From contig OZ024741.1 in assembly GCA_964016885.1 (NCBI GenBank), positions 286,006,001 through 286,070,000 of the forward strand: a stretch of 64,000 nt of DNA, given 5' to 3'. Positions 28,201 through 40,989 of the stretch are shown piece after piece. The notes under the pieces are model-generated. The model ran no database searches. It saw only the letters and a list, made by a program, of their open reading frames with translations, and was not told the DNA's origin. Position numbers and translations under genes: made by a program. The stretch is from Eledone cirrhosa. Lineage: Eukaryota. The number at the start of each line of letters is the position of its first letter. Position 1 is the stretch's first letter.

Positions 28201-28683
28201 GTGTATAGCGTCAGGAAAAAGAGTTAAATTAATTTTGAGAATGACGTTTGAATTTATGTTACCTAGATATATAGCAAATTACTGTTTATTGGTGCAATGT
28301 ATAACAGTATCCGTAATTTGAATAGCTTGATGAAATTAAAATATGTTCATGGGCGTGTTTCCTTTTTTTGTGGTACACATAAATGCTACATATATACACA
28401 TATCATTCATTTTAAAATATATCAATCGTCAAATAATTCTAAATTTGTATATCAATTCTCCGATGCTAAAAATGAGTGCTTGCTGAAATGTTGATAATAC
28501 CCTGGAGCCCAGAGAACATTCGAATATTTTCTGATAAATTTTCTTGAACCAGTATTGAAAGATGTATTGATATATGTTTCTATTGAGATAATATTTAAAC
28601 CCGTATTGTCTTGAGATTCGTTAGGATTTATGAGATGTACTAATACATACGTCATAATTTATACGTATGCACACACACACATA

Positions 28684-28860
28684 TATATTTGAATAAAGGA
28701 AAAGAATGACTTCACTTGTAGTTCTAAACAATTTCATTTAATTTTATAATATAATATTATGAGTTACTACATCGACCAACTCAAAATATTGTAATATAAA
28801 ATTAAATCAAATTATTTAGAACTACAAGTGAAGTCATTATTTTCCTTTTTTCAAATATAT
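28684..28860. repeat. Fold-back element (arms ~28684-28765 / 28778-28860) between (TA)n tracts
   Basis: ggaaaagaatgacttcacttgtagttctaaa ... tttagaactacaagtgaagtcattattttcc, with a ~40 bp tail on the right. Same family as 15553-15655. Confidence 0.85.
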
Positions 28861-28897
28861 CTAACTGTATCAAGGATTCAAGGATTTCACATATTTT

Positions 28898-28938
<41 letters not shown>

Positions 28939-28943
<5 letters not shown>

Positions 28944-29387
28944 AAATAAAATAAAATAAATAAATAAATAAGTCAAATATTTAAAATTTGGCTTTGTTTA
29001 TTACTGCTATATATATTTCGGTGACAGCCATCTTTGGCTGTGACCTCTTCAGGCAGTCCGTATTAGTGTGGTAGAGACGAGTACACATGTTGTTGAGGTG
29101 TTAACTTTGTCAATACTCTGATATGCCCAGTGCCTGGTTGGGTTGTTGTTTCTATGAGGAACTGGAGTCATATCATAGAAACAACAACCCAACCAGGAAC
29201 TAGGCATATCAGAGTATTGACAAAGTTAACACCTCAACAACATGTGTACTCGTCTCTACCACACTAATTCGGACTGCCTGAAGAGGTCACAGCCAAAGAT
29301 GGCTGTCACCGAAATATATATAGCAGTAATAAACGAAGCCAAATTTTAAATATTTGACTTATTTATTTATTTTAGTTTATTTTACAT
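28939..29387. mobile_element. Largest fold-back element (arms 28939-29157 / 29173-29387, 15-nt loop) with an intact hammerhead in both arms
   Basis: Arms of ~218 bp with only a handful of mismatches. Left arm abuts (TA)n; right arm has an ~85 bp tail before (CT)n(TA)n(GT)n. Confidence 0.9.
29273..29327 (+). ncRNA. Minimal type-I hammerhead ribozyme (intact consensus)
   Basis: ACUGC CUGAAGA GGUcACAGCCA aaga UGGCUGUcACC GAAA UAUAUA UA GCAGU. Identical antisense copy at 29003-29057 (-). Confidence 0.88.
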
Positions 29388-29469
29388 TACTCCGGAGTAA
29401 CCAAACCAACCTGCGCACCTCGTCGAGTGCTCCAATCTGCATACTTAGGTGTTGGTATACAACCAACAT

Positions 29470-29668
<199 letters not shown>

Positions 29669-29947
29669 ATATATTCAGATCTTGCCGAAGGAAACTTTTG
29701 CCGTTCATCCATTAGAGATCGATAAAAAAATGTAGCAGTTAAAAGCTGGGGACGATTCTGGGTTAAAATCCCTTTCTAACTTCCATTCTCTCATTCTTTA
29801 TCCTACTCTGGAAGAAATCTGCTGTATTCAAACATGGGGAGCTTTGGGCTCCACCAAGTTTTAATATGCCCCAGAAACGCTGTATGTCAAAACAACTCTG
29901 TCATCCATCCACACGCACACACTCTGTCATGCACACAGACACACACA

Positions 29948-30069
<122 letters not shown>

Positions 30070-30655
30070 TTCCAATCGACTATATTGCACTGTAGGTACA
30101 TGACTACTCAAAATATGATTTCTTCCACGTTATGGATTAGAGTGTAATATGGGCCAGCAATCTTTTACAAAAGCCGTCCTCAGAAACAAGAAAAATATCG
30201 GGTGGGGTAGACTATATAGTGTACAACACAACGTTTAAAAGCAAACGAAAAAAAATCCAAATGTAAAACTTGGTATTCAAAAATTATATAATGGTTTGGA
30301 GAGGAATATCTTTGTCCATATATCTGGAAGGGGGTGGATGCAACAGAATCTACATCCTGGTCTAGGCGGTGTATCTTCGCTGCGCCCAGCGGATGAAATG
30401 GCGAAGGCTGTCTCAGAGCGTTGCCAGCGACACTTGCTGCATCACGCAATCTACATCACGGGACTTCTTCCGAACAGGGGGAGAGAACTATAGAATGACA
30501 ACAGCTATTAAAAGAATACTAAAAAAATACAGCAACAACAGCAATAAAAAGTAATTTACAATTGACTTCAATTTATTTCATTTGATCATCTTGTTTGTAA
30601 TACCAACCAAGCAACTGATTCAATCCTTCCACACAAAAAGTTTAACATCAAAGAA

Positions 30656-30734
30656 ACTACTACTACTAATAATAATAATAATAATAATAATATTACTACT
30701 ACTACTACTGCTACTGCTGCTGCTGCTGCTGCTG

Positions 30735-30766
<32 letters not shown>

Positions 30767-30780
30767 AATACTACTACTAC
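30656..30780. repeat. Compound (CTA)/(ATA)/(CTG) repeat
   Basis: Read directly. Confidence 0.95.
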
Positions 30781-30893
30781 ATAATTCTAATGTTTAATAT
30801 ACTTCTTTACCATATATAAAAGTATATTAAGAATGGCGTAATCTCACTTCTTCATAAGTACACAAACACACACATTAAAACAGTCTTGCATAC

Positions 30894-30970
<77 letters not shown>

Positions 30971-31110
30971 AATATGCACACATACACACATACACACATC
31001 TCAAACCAAAAGATACTAGGTCTGTACAGAAAACCAACAATTTCCTACGAAGAATTCATGTATATATACACACACACACACACTCACACTCACACTCACA
31101 CTCACACACA

Positions 31111-31176
<66 letters not shown>

Positions 31177-31659
31177 AAAATGAATGTATAAGTTTAGCTC
31201 TCGACAACAGGAGAATATATTTTATTTTGCAAAAAAAAAAAAAGTGGAAAATTATAACGCACAAATGCAGTCACTCAGGTAAATTATTTGTCGACTTTTT
31301 CTTCTTATTGCATTAACCCTTATTAATCCTATTAGCTCGGACATCTTGCCTTGCTTCCAAAGATATAAATCTTCAGACTTTACGTAAATTTCGCACTTTT
31401 TCCTGTCTATCGCATTGTTTTGAAGTTAGAAGAAATTTTTCACAAATTATTTGTATGCTTGATTATGCATAAGAGAGTGTGTAGAGGTATGTGTTCTTGT
31501 TTACGTTGTATCACAGTCTAAAATAACAAGTTTAACCATGTCAAACATAGGTCTGATATTTTTTAATTTCCTTCAGGCGTACATTTTAAAAACATTTATA
31601 ACAACGACCACAGCAATAGTCATTATGTTTACTTAGTTAGATGCAAGGCGAGAAAACTT

Positions 31660-32748
31660 TGATGTGAGTGAAGTTGCTTAAATTGACGCCAAGACTTAAC
31701 TGGTACATTATTTTATCGACCCAGGCTCGATGAAAGGTTACTTTGGTTTCGGGGAATCCTGAACTCGGAACATAAAGAGCCGTAACTAAATGTTACAATA
31801 CATTTAGTCCGACCTTCTAGCGATTTGGCTAATAGCTTGCCCTTAATAATAATAGTGATAATGATTTCTGATTTAGACACAAGTCCTACAATTTGGGAGA
31901 GGGAAAAGTCAACGAAACCCACCCCATTGCGTTACGGATACTTTATTTTATCGATCCCGTAAGGATGAAAGACAAAGCTAACTTTGGCGGGACTTTGAAC
32001 TCAGAAAGTAAAGGGCCGTAACTCTATGCTGCGAAGCGTGGTGTCCAATGCTCCACCGATACTGCCAATCCACTGCCCTTAATAATAATAATTGTTTCTA
32101 CTTTTGGCACAAGGCCAGCAATTTTCCAGTGCATTACTGTTACTTTATTTTATCGACCCCGTAAGGATGAAAGGCAGAGTTAACCTCGGCGGGAGTTGAA
32201 CTCAGAATGGCAAGGGCCGTAACTCTATGCGTCAAAGCAAGGCGTCCGACCCTCTACCGATACTGCCAATCCACCGTCCTTAATAATAATTGTTTCTACT
32301 TTTGGCGCAAGACCAGCAAATATCCCAGTGTATTACTGGTACTTCATTTTATCGAGCCCGTAAGGATGAAAGGCAAAGTTAACCTCGGCGGGATTTGAAC
32401 TCATACCATAAAGGGCCGTAACTCTTTGCTGCAAAGCATGACGTCCGACCCTCTACCGATACTGCCAATCCAACGCCCCATAATGGATAGGGATGCCCTT
32501 ATTAATAATAATAATGATAATGGTTTCATTTATTGGCCACAAGGGCATAATGATAATAATTGTTTCTATTTTTGGCACAAGGCCAGCAATTATTCCAGTG
32601 TATTACTGGTACTTTATTTTATCGACCTCGTAAGGATTAAAGAGAAAGTTAACCTCGGCGGGATTTGAACTCAGACCATAAAGGGGCGTACATCTTTGCT
32701 GCAAAGCATGGCGTCAGACCCTCTACCGATACTGCCAATCCACCGCCC
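31660..32748 (-). mobile_element. Head-to-tail array of five SINE copies (~31660-31842, 31865-32078, 32093-32299, 32311-32478, 32561-32748) joined by (AAT)n
   Basis: Repeated SINE body; units are separated by aataataat tracts. Confidence 0.9.
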
Positions 32749-33859
32749 CATAATGGATTGGGATAATGATAATAATAATAACAAAATTGAAGGAGAAAAA
32801 GATTAAAGATTAGACATGGAATACACAGACGAAATGATGCATAATAAAAATGCAAAAAAAAATCGGGGATAAAACCAAATTAAAAAAATCTCAATTCATG
32901 AAAATAAAAGTATTAACACTACAAACATTAAATAAATCAGCAAGATCGACCGAGCAGAATCAAAAGAAGCAGAATAAGAACTAAAACAACATACAACATG
33001 AAATCCGTTATAATACGAATTATAGACTAACATAACTCAAACGAGACCTACAACACCATGAACATTATAATCACAAGAGAAAAGCCTGGGTGTAAAAATG
33101 AATAATTGAATAAATATATAAATATGAAGATTTTGAATATAACAATGATTTATAGATGCAAATAAATGAAGCATTTATTTTAAGAGATCTTTGAACGAAA
33201 ACAAGTAAAACGATTGTTTGAAGAACTACAAGAAGCAAAACAAAAATAAAACCCGCCATTGTTACTCTAGAAACATATACGAACCTCAGAGTCATTAGGA
33301 TAAAACAAATAATCTTGGATGTCTTTAGCAGAGTCCATCCTGTTGCAAGCAATCGGGTCAGGTCTCTGATTGATAACACCATCCCAACCCTCTGTCTCTC
33401 TCTATTCTCGGAGGTACTTCCTAACTAAATGTTAGAAAGAAAGAGTGAAAAAAAAGTGATGTTTTCAGTCCTTCTTTAATTCAACAAGGAAAAGGTAGAA
33501 ATGAATAAGATCGAACAGCAACAAATACTACAAAATCAAACAACAATGAAAAGTAGCTCCTGAAATCAGCAGTTGATACGCACTAAATAACAAAGTATTC
33601 ATCTGTTATAAAAAGCAGCATCAGCGCCTCCTAATGTCAAAACAGTACATTCTCTTTTAGATTAATACAACAATTTTGAACGTCAGAGACAGCCAATGAT
33701 AAGATTTGTACTTATTTTGCATTGACGCATTTTAATAGAGTCTAATTTGTTTATAGAGAGAGGGAAAGAAGATATGTATGAGTGTGTGCGTGTGTATATG
33801 AATGATACGATGCCTGTATTTGCGGTGATAGAGAAATTGAAGAGAAAGCAGAAGACGCC

Positions 33860-34035
33860 AACCCGTTAATCTTCTCAGGCACTTTCGATGTACCTACTCA
33901 GTTACATAGAACAAGAACCTTATACGCGTTCTCTTATATAACACACCAGCGGTCTTCATGAGAAGTTTGCTATAGACATCAGCAATATATTTGACCGTGT
34001 CTAGCATGAAAATCTTCTGGCTAATCTACACAGCA
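33860..34035 (+). mobile_element. Small LINE RT fragment (Jockey/CR1/I-like)
   Basis: AIDISNIFDRV*HENLL.NL resembles ALDISKAFDRVWH.GLL.KL. Confidence 0.55.
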
Positions 34036-34565
34036 AAAAACGCGTACGAATGAACTGCTGGTAGACATGCGCATGCGACGTACTTTGGATATAGTAAAAC
34101 TGGTAGAATCCATGCCTCTCTAGATCTGAACGCATAATATTTGTTCCAGAGAGGGAGAGAGTGTGCTAGAGAAGAAATTAGAAAGAGATATCAGAATCGA
34201 CCGATTTACTGAGCTGCTTCTTCAATTATAGACTTCAAAATGATGAAAGACCAAATTGACCTCGGTTGGAATGGAACTTAGAGGGTAGGTAGACGGAACA
34301 AATGCATCCGACGTTCTAAAACCTCTGCCCATGCGCCACCGTTTACCAAGAAGTAGATTAAATCAAAATAGAAACCAATGTAGCAACAATAGAAATAAAA
34401 TATTTCAGGGAGTGACTTTGGACAACAGATATGTCCTAGAGCCCAAAATGTGCAAAATAAATATAATACTACAAATACTTACAAGTGAATAAACTAACAG
34501 TGTTCAATAAACACAGCATGGATGCAATACAAGTTTAGGTATGAATATTACAGAAGAACTATAAG

Positions 34566-34780
34566 GTAGTGGATAGGCAGAAACGGTAGAGCGTCGGATA
34601 ATATGCAATTGCAGTATTTGTCCTGACTCTTTATATTATGAGTTCAAATCACACCGAGGTCAACTTTGCTTTTCACTCTCTCCAAGTGGATAAAATAATG
34701 TGCCATTTAAGTAATGGGTTTATTTAATCAACTTTGTGCTTCTCCCAAATTAGTTGCCATTGTGTCTAAATTAAAGAAAA
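34566..34780 (+). mobile_element. Diverged SINE copy
   Basis: ggtagtggataggcagaaacggtagagcgtcgg...gagttcaaatc...gaggtcaactttgc. Confidence 0.75.
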
Positions 34781-35014
34781 CAAAAACGACATACTAGAAT
34801 ACTAAGGATGCATGGATGCATGGTCCTACAACTCCCGAGGAAGTCGTAGAGGGCACCGTATTGAGATACCGCGTTTCCAGTTCACTTTTAAAACCTGGCG
34901 GAGCCCATCCCCTCTGCAGGTCTGAGTGCAGCGGATTTCTTCCCGAGAAGGGTAGAGAGTGAGAAAATGGAAGTGAGAAAGGGATATAAAGGATCCCAGT
35001 ACTAAACCTCGAAT

Positions 35015-35124
35015 GAATGAAAGGCAAATTGACCTCGGCGGGATTTGAACTGAAAGAACAGAGAGCCGAAAGAATACCGCAAAATATTCAATCCGACGTC
35101 TTGACGACTCTCCCAGTTCGCCGC
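35015..35124 (-). mobile_element. SINE fragment
   Basis: atgaaaggcaaattgacctcggcgggatttgaact. Confidence 0.75.
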
Positions 35125-36140
35125 TTTCGGAAAACTGGGTAAAAATCAATAAAAGGTTAACGTTATTAGTTTCCTATATGTTAAGTGTCAGATTGAGTTC
35201 AGTCTTTCGCTGGAAAAGTTTATTCGTGGTAGACCGGCTTCCTATCCAGTGAAAACATTCGTATATTAATTACATACTGCCAAAATTCCCGCAGATGTGC
35301 ATCTGTTCGTTGGAGTTTCGATTTGTTAATGCCTGTATATGTGTGTATGTGTATGTGGCGATTCTCGGGCTTGTGCATGTATGATAGCGAACAAATTCCC
35401 CCGCCCTCACTAACCCTTTGATAGAACATTTTCATTTCCTTCTTCTCCCGTGAGATATCAATAACTCACTCAGTATAAACAATCCGGATTCCCATACATG
35501 ATACGTCACTTTTGATGGCTTATTTCATAAAACTTTCTAATTATTAATTGATTAATTAATTAGAGAATTATCCATTTAATAACTATTATAAATATTAATT
35601 AGTTAATTAAAACTCTTTTGAGAAAATACTTTACTAATTTCATCTCTTTCACTTTTATCAGAACTTTTGACATTGTTTATTGCTAATACTGTTTTTATTT
35701 TTATTTCTCTCATGAGAGTAATTTCAAACGAAATTCTAACTACGATAGTACCCCGAACACTTATTTACACTGCTTATTAGCTGCAGGCCGAAACAAATCC
35801 TGGAGTTAAATAAAGAAGCGCTCAGTAGAATAAACACCTAATAGAATCGCAAATCCTATCTTGAACACCACGTGCTTACTATTGTGTATCTCTGCAATGG
35901 GATTATATATTAATTCATTTGGGATGGGGGTGGAGAGGACTATCGATATTTCTTTTAAGATACCGTCATTTGAGCATGGAATATAGTAGAAAGTAATTTC
36001 CGGTTAAATCCATTCCGTGGCATGTTTTTTTTTCCTATTCCTCTTTGTAAAATTAATTCCCGTATTGCTCTTTTCCAAAACATGACAATTATTTTACTCC
36101 ACGTGGCATTATAAAATTAACTGTTATATACACCATCTTA

Positions 36141-36275
36141 GGGCGGCAAATTCGCAGAGATGTTAGAACGTCGAATACAATGCTTTGTAGTATTCGTTTC
36201 GGTTCTCAGAGTTCAAATCCTACGGAGGTCAACTTCGCTTTTCATCATTTCGAGGTCGATATAAAAGTACCAGTA
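36141..36275 (+). mobile_element. SINE copy lacking its tail
   Basis: gggcggcaaattcgcag...gagttcaaatcc...gaggtcgatataaaagtaccag. Confidence 0.75.
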
Positions 36276-36316
36276 TAGCACCAGAGTACTCAATACTTAG
36301 GGTAGTAGAGTGGGTA

Positions 36317-36501
36317 ATAGGAAAATATATAACCCTGACGGCAGAGCTCAAGCCGTTTCGACGGCTATTTCTGGACTAAATTAGAATTTTTAGCGTGGTA
36401 ATAAATAGCCGAACTTTTCAAGGGGTGATTCCTTATATTTAGTCCAGAAATAGCCGTCGAAACGGCTTGAGCTCTGCCGTCGGGGTTATTCATTTTCCTA
36501 T
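36317..36501. repeat. Fold-back element (arms 36317-36381 / 36437-36501) carrying the 3' half of a hammerhead (GAAA-helix III-GUC)
   Basis: cGAAACGGCttgagctctGCCGTCggggtt; right arm abuts (TA)n. Related copy at 26095-26215. Confidence 0.8.
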
Positions 36502-36517
36502 ATATATATATATGCAT

Positions 36518-36584
<67 letters not shown>

Positions 36585-36609
36585 TAACAGATTAAAGTTT
36601 AAGCAAAGA

Positions 36610-36683
36610 ATCGCTGCATACCTTTAACGGGTCTTCTGAAAAAAATTGTTTCAGAAGATCCCGTTAAGGGTGAAAGCAGCGAT
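36610..36683. repeat. Small fold-back between (TA)n tracts; same family as 25997-26062
   Basis: atcgctgc..cc.ttaacggg.tcttctgaaa ... tttcagaagatcccgttaagggtgaaagcagcgat. Confidence 0.8.
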
Positions 36684-36779
36684 ATATATATTCGGTATAC
36701 AAGGATGCAATTCATTTCAAACACTCGACGTCATAGTAAATCTTTAAAATAAGGATGACAGAGGATATTATAAAGTGGA

Positions 36780-37085
36780 AAGTTGTAGGTATTAGAGCCG
36801 TTAATATTTGAGTCGTTATACATATTTCCATGATGATAGATATCGTGATTTCTTCAGAGGAGCAAAATTGAGTAAAACGTAACATTTCCGAGGCCATTAT
36901 GGGTGTAAGGGAGCGGACTAAAAAAATTTATGTTTTTGCTTTGGCTGTCCGCTCCCCTGCACACTTAATTGCCTCGGAAACGTTACCTTTTACTCAGTTT
37001 TGCTGTCTGAAGAAATCACGATATCTATCGTCATGGAAATATGTATAACGGCTCAATTAACAAAAGACTCTAACATCTACAACTT
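36780..37085. mobile_element. Older fold-back element (arms ~36780-36919 / 36947-37085) with a hammerhead
   Basis: Inverted arms with moderate divergence, flanked by (TA)n. Confidence 0.8.
37002..37052 (+). ncRNA. Minimal type-I hammerhead ribozyme, partly decayed helix II
   Basis: GCUGU CUGAAGA aAUcACGAUA uc UAUCGUcAUg GAAA UAUGUA UA ACGGC. Confidence 0.7.
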
Positions 37086-37149
37086 CGCATTTTTCTCTTT
37101 ATATATATATATATATATATATAAACGTGTAATCTTAACATAATTCTCA

Positions 37150-37340
37150 TGGAAACTCAGCGTGACAGAGCGTGGAGAGCGTGATAAGGCTACCTATTTC
37201 ATTTACACGTACAACCCATTTTCCCGCTGAGTATATTGGAACAACGTAAAAAAACGTGTTTTACTCAAGGACACGACGCGCTGCTGTCAATAGAAATATT
37301 GAGCTTTAGATCGTCTGTCGAACAACTAGCCTCAAAACCA
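37150..37340 (-). mobile_element. Decayed CORE-like SINE
   Basis: Minus strand gtgtccttgagtaaaacacg...acgttgttccaatatactcagc resembles the CORE domain. Confidence 0.6.
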
Positions 37341-38409
37341 CATATCTGTATATGTATATTTGTTTTCACGTATATATGTATATATATGTATATACATATG
37401 TATATATGTATGAATCTATGTATGAATGTATGTATGAATGTATGTATGTATGCATGTATGTATATATGCATGCATATATGTATGTATCATTTATTGTGTG
37501 CTTATGTTTGTGTTGATATCGTCTAGAAATAAGTTACAACTTTGTTACTCAGTGTTTCATATTTGGATCATTTTAGGCAATCGACCGACGATCTGATAAC
37601 AGACATTCTAATCAAAAGCTGTCGCCATGTACAACCAAATCCAGTTTTGCGTACGTTAGCGCAAAACGTATCTCTTTCCGAGGAAAAGCAGAAAAGAGTT
37701 AATGTTCGGGCGGACATGATGTATTGAAAAGTTCGAGAAAAGAAAAGAAAACAGAAGTATATAATGCAATAAACAATAATTCATAATCGGTATGATCGAA
37801 ATGAATTGTATTGCATCCAAGTTAGTAAAGTGTACACTAAATAATAAACCAATAAATTTTGTGAGCCTTATTTCACGAAGTAACTGATAAGTTACCTTTA
37901 GACTATGATCAGAAATAGAGGAATGTACGGCGACGTAACATCATGGAAAAATAGGTAAAATTTGATTACAACATCAATCTTGTATTAAATGAAGAAAAAA
38001 ATAGAAACTGATAAATAGTGATTTGTGTTTATTAGTTTGCTGTACACACATTTAATCCAGTACTAGTGTAAATTTCCGAAATTTATGTGGATATTTAACG
38101 TAGTTAATATTTTGTTTAGGTACAGCTGTCGATTGAATACGTTGTGTTTCAAAATAAGGATGTTTCAACAAATGTTCGTGCACCCCTCTTGCGTTATTTC
38201 CCGCATCTCTGGATTCGATTAAACAGAGCGATCCTTTCTGAGTATTATCAAATTGTCCGTCGATTGCCTAGAATACTCAGGACATAAAACTCTAAAGATG
38301 TGCTTAACTATACCATGATTATACCAACATATATACTACCCTTTAAATCTGTACCGTGTAATCATTTTTTCATCCATTGAAGTTGCATTATATTATATCT
38401 ATATCATAA

Positions 38410-38600
38410 GGGCGGTGGATTGGCAGTATCGGTAGGGGGTCGGACGCCATGCTTTGCAGCAAAGAGTTACGGCCCTTTATGGTCTGAATTCAAATCCCGC
38501 CGAGGTTAACTTTGCCTTTCATCCTTTCGGGGTCGGTAAAATAAAGTACCAGTAATACACTTGGATAATTGCTGGCCTTGTGCCAAAAGTAGAAACAATT
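38410..38600 (+). mobile_element. Full-length tRNA-derived SINE (reference copy)
   Basis: GGGCGGTGGATTGGCAGTATCGG (A box) ... GAATTCAAATCC (B box) ... CCTTTCATCCTTTCGGGGTCGGTAAAATAAAGTACCAG ... TGGCCTTGTGCCAAAAGTAGAAACAATT. Confidence 0.92.
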
Positions 38601-38732
38601 ATATTATCTCTATAGATATGTGTATGCGTGTGTATACGGGAGCATATGTCTTTATGGAATAAATTTCGGGATACCATCTTAGACGGCGTAGTCAACACCT
38701 ATGTAATATACACGCCTTTGTTTGTATGATAT

Positions 38733-38778
<46 letters not shown>

Positions 38779-39027
38779 ATAAATGTGCTGCGTGGTTGCT
38801 AATGGGTTACATATGAATAAAGTTAGTCCTTCATCAGTGATCTTCCAACCATCATTGGTATTTCATCGCTTTAAAGACCATATACCTCCGGTTGGTGCGA
38901 GCAACGGGTAAAAAAAGTCGTTGGGACACGTAAATGAAGGGGACACGAGAGTGTAAACAAACAAAGATGGTGAAGCAACGAAAAGTGAGGAAGAAGGAGT
39001 CAAGTCCCAAATTTCCATGAATATATA

Positions 39028-39262
39028 AGTTCGGTGAAATCGTGAACGAGAGAGAATAAAGACCATCAAACCTGGTTGGAATGTGAGCAAGGAAGGAATT
39101 CCGTACAGGTCTAACGGGAGGAAGAAGGGATCTAGACTGTGAATTCGGTGACCGTAAGTTCTGTGAAATCGTAGACGAGAGAGAGAAAAAAAAGCGAACC
39201 TGCCTGACCAAGGGTGCGAAAGAAAAGAATTACGCACAGGTCAAACGGGAGGAGGAGGAGAG
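39028..39262. repeat. Diverged tandem duplication, ~128 bp unit
   Basis: aagttc.gtgaaatcgt..acgagagaga...gaatt.cg.acaggtc.aacgggagga.ga.gga occurs at 39028 and 39156. Confidence 0.7.
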
Positions 39263-39338
39263 GTAGTAACAGAGAGTGAGTGAGTGAAGGGTGAGGAAGA
39301 GGCTAAAAGAGAGAGTGACTGTTAGAGAGGGTAAAGAT

Positions 39339-39562
39339 AGAATAAAAGAGAAAACACAGGTAAGCATTAAAAAAAAAGGATTTTATCCAGGTATTTACGA
39401 CCATTTCATTGGTAAGCGCAACCTTATATCGCTATACTGCAAATAGCAGCCACTCTCTATTTGCAGTATAGCGATATAAGGTTGCGCTTACCAATGAAAC
39501 GCTTGTAAATACCTGGATAAAATCCTTTTTTTAATGCTTACCTGTGTTTTCTCTTTTATTCT
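39339..39562. repeat. Fold-back element (arms 39339-39446 / 39457-39562, 10-nt loop)
   Basis: Near-perfect inverted arms; ~145 bp tail to (TA)n at ~39708; contains GAAA-CGCTTG-TA. Confidence 0.9.
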
Positions 39563-39703
39563 TTATACTCCAAGATTGAACGTGATTTACTAACCACATT
39601 CTTACAAACTTGTGGAGTTTCCCCTAACCTTACGTTGGAAACCGTCCCCAAAACTGGCTATCTTAACCACGAACTGGATTACAATAAGCAATGTTCTGCT
39701 TTC

Positions 39704-39734
<31 letters not shown>

Positions 39735-39809
39735 GTTTAATAAATAAACAGAGAACAAAAAAAAGAAAAACGAAGAGGCAGTACAAATTATATTAGTATT
39801 ATATATATA

Positions 39810-39825
39810 CGCGTGTGTGTGTGTG

Positions 39826-39878
<53 letters not shown>

Positions 39879-39956
39879 GCGCGTGTGTGCGTGTGCGTGT
39901 GCGTGTGTGTGTGCGTGTGCGCGCGCGCGTGCGCGTGCGCGCGTGTGTATGCGCGC

Positions 39957-40009
<53 letters not shown>

Positions 40010-40012
40010 CGC
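39810..40012. repeat. (GT)n/(GC)n microsatellite
   Basis: Read directly. Confidence 0.97.
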
Positions 40013-40235
40013 GGGTATATAGAACAGTGTGTGTCTGTTTGTGTGTATTTATATATATATAGAATAGTGTAGAATTGTGTAGACTTGGAAATATTTATGA
40101 GTGGAATGTTATCTGGTGTGAGACGATAAAATTGGCAATATAATAATACTGAACACACTGGCAATGTTGATGATGATGACGATGACGATGATGACGAGAA
40201 GGAAGCTAGATTTAAAGTGGCTCCATGCTTATTAT

Positions 40236-40505
40236 GGAGGAGCGTGGCCTAGTGGTAAGAGTGTTGGATTTACGATCATAATGTCATAGGTTCGATTCCT
40301 TGACTGGGTAGTGTGTTGTGTTCTTGAGCAAAACATTTCATTTCACGTGGCCCGAATATATCCCCTAGAAATAGCTGGAGGTTTAACACTGCAATGGACT
40401 GGCGTCCTGTCGAGGGAAGTGTCTTGTACGCTCACTTTCTTCAGGCCATGGAAACCGGCATAAGCACCGGCTTTATAAGCCTCCAAGATCGAGACAGACT
40501 TTAGG
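40236..40505 (+). mobile_element. tRNA-derived CORE-like SINE (second family)
   Basis: A box TGGCCTAGTGG, B box GGTTCGATTCC, CORE-like tgttgtgttcttgagcaaaaca.ttcatttcacg, then a ctgcaatggactggcgtcc...ggaaaccgg tail. Confidence 0.8.
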
Positions 40506-40989
40506 CTTCTTTTTAAACATACTCACTTTTATAATAGGTCAACCGAGAGTTAGGTAATGATTGTTATTAACTAAACTGCAATAAAACTGATGCCATCATA
40601 ATTGAATATATAATATCAACTTACCAAAATACATAACAGAAAGAAAAATATTTATTTCAACATAAAAGAACGCTAATAATTAATAGATTCATACCGAAAC
40701 ACAAATAGTGTCACATTACTGTTATCGAGTAAAAGACATAATGTATTATCTCATTTAGCGCTGAAGACACTTGGCACCACAGATTCTCAATGCCCTCCTT
40801 ATTCCTGTAGATATTTTGCTGTTTCTTCCTTTCTTTCCCCATGCTACCCTCTACCTCTTACATTCTATCTCCCTTACTCTATCCCTGTTGCTCTCTCTCT
40901 CTTCTTCTGTCTATGAAGATTTACTGCAAATTAAAAGAAAACTCACTGAAGATCAGCAGACTATGTCTTGTCAGGAATACCGTATCAAC

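Noticed and set aside
28939-29387. Fold-backs as sequencing or assembly chimeras
   Set aside because: Arms differ by scattered substitutions, to a different degree in each element, and share a consistent tail asymmetry and ribozyme content. Long-read confirmation is still advisable.
38410-38500. tRNA gene (also 40236-40310)
   Set aside because: A and B boxes belong to SINE heads; no intact cloverleaf, and a SINE body follows.
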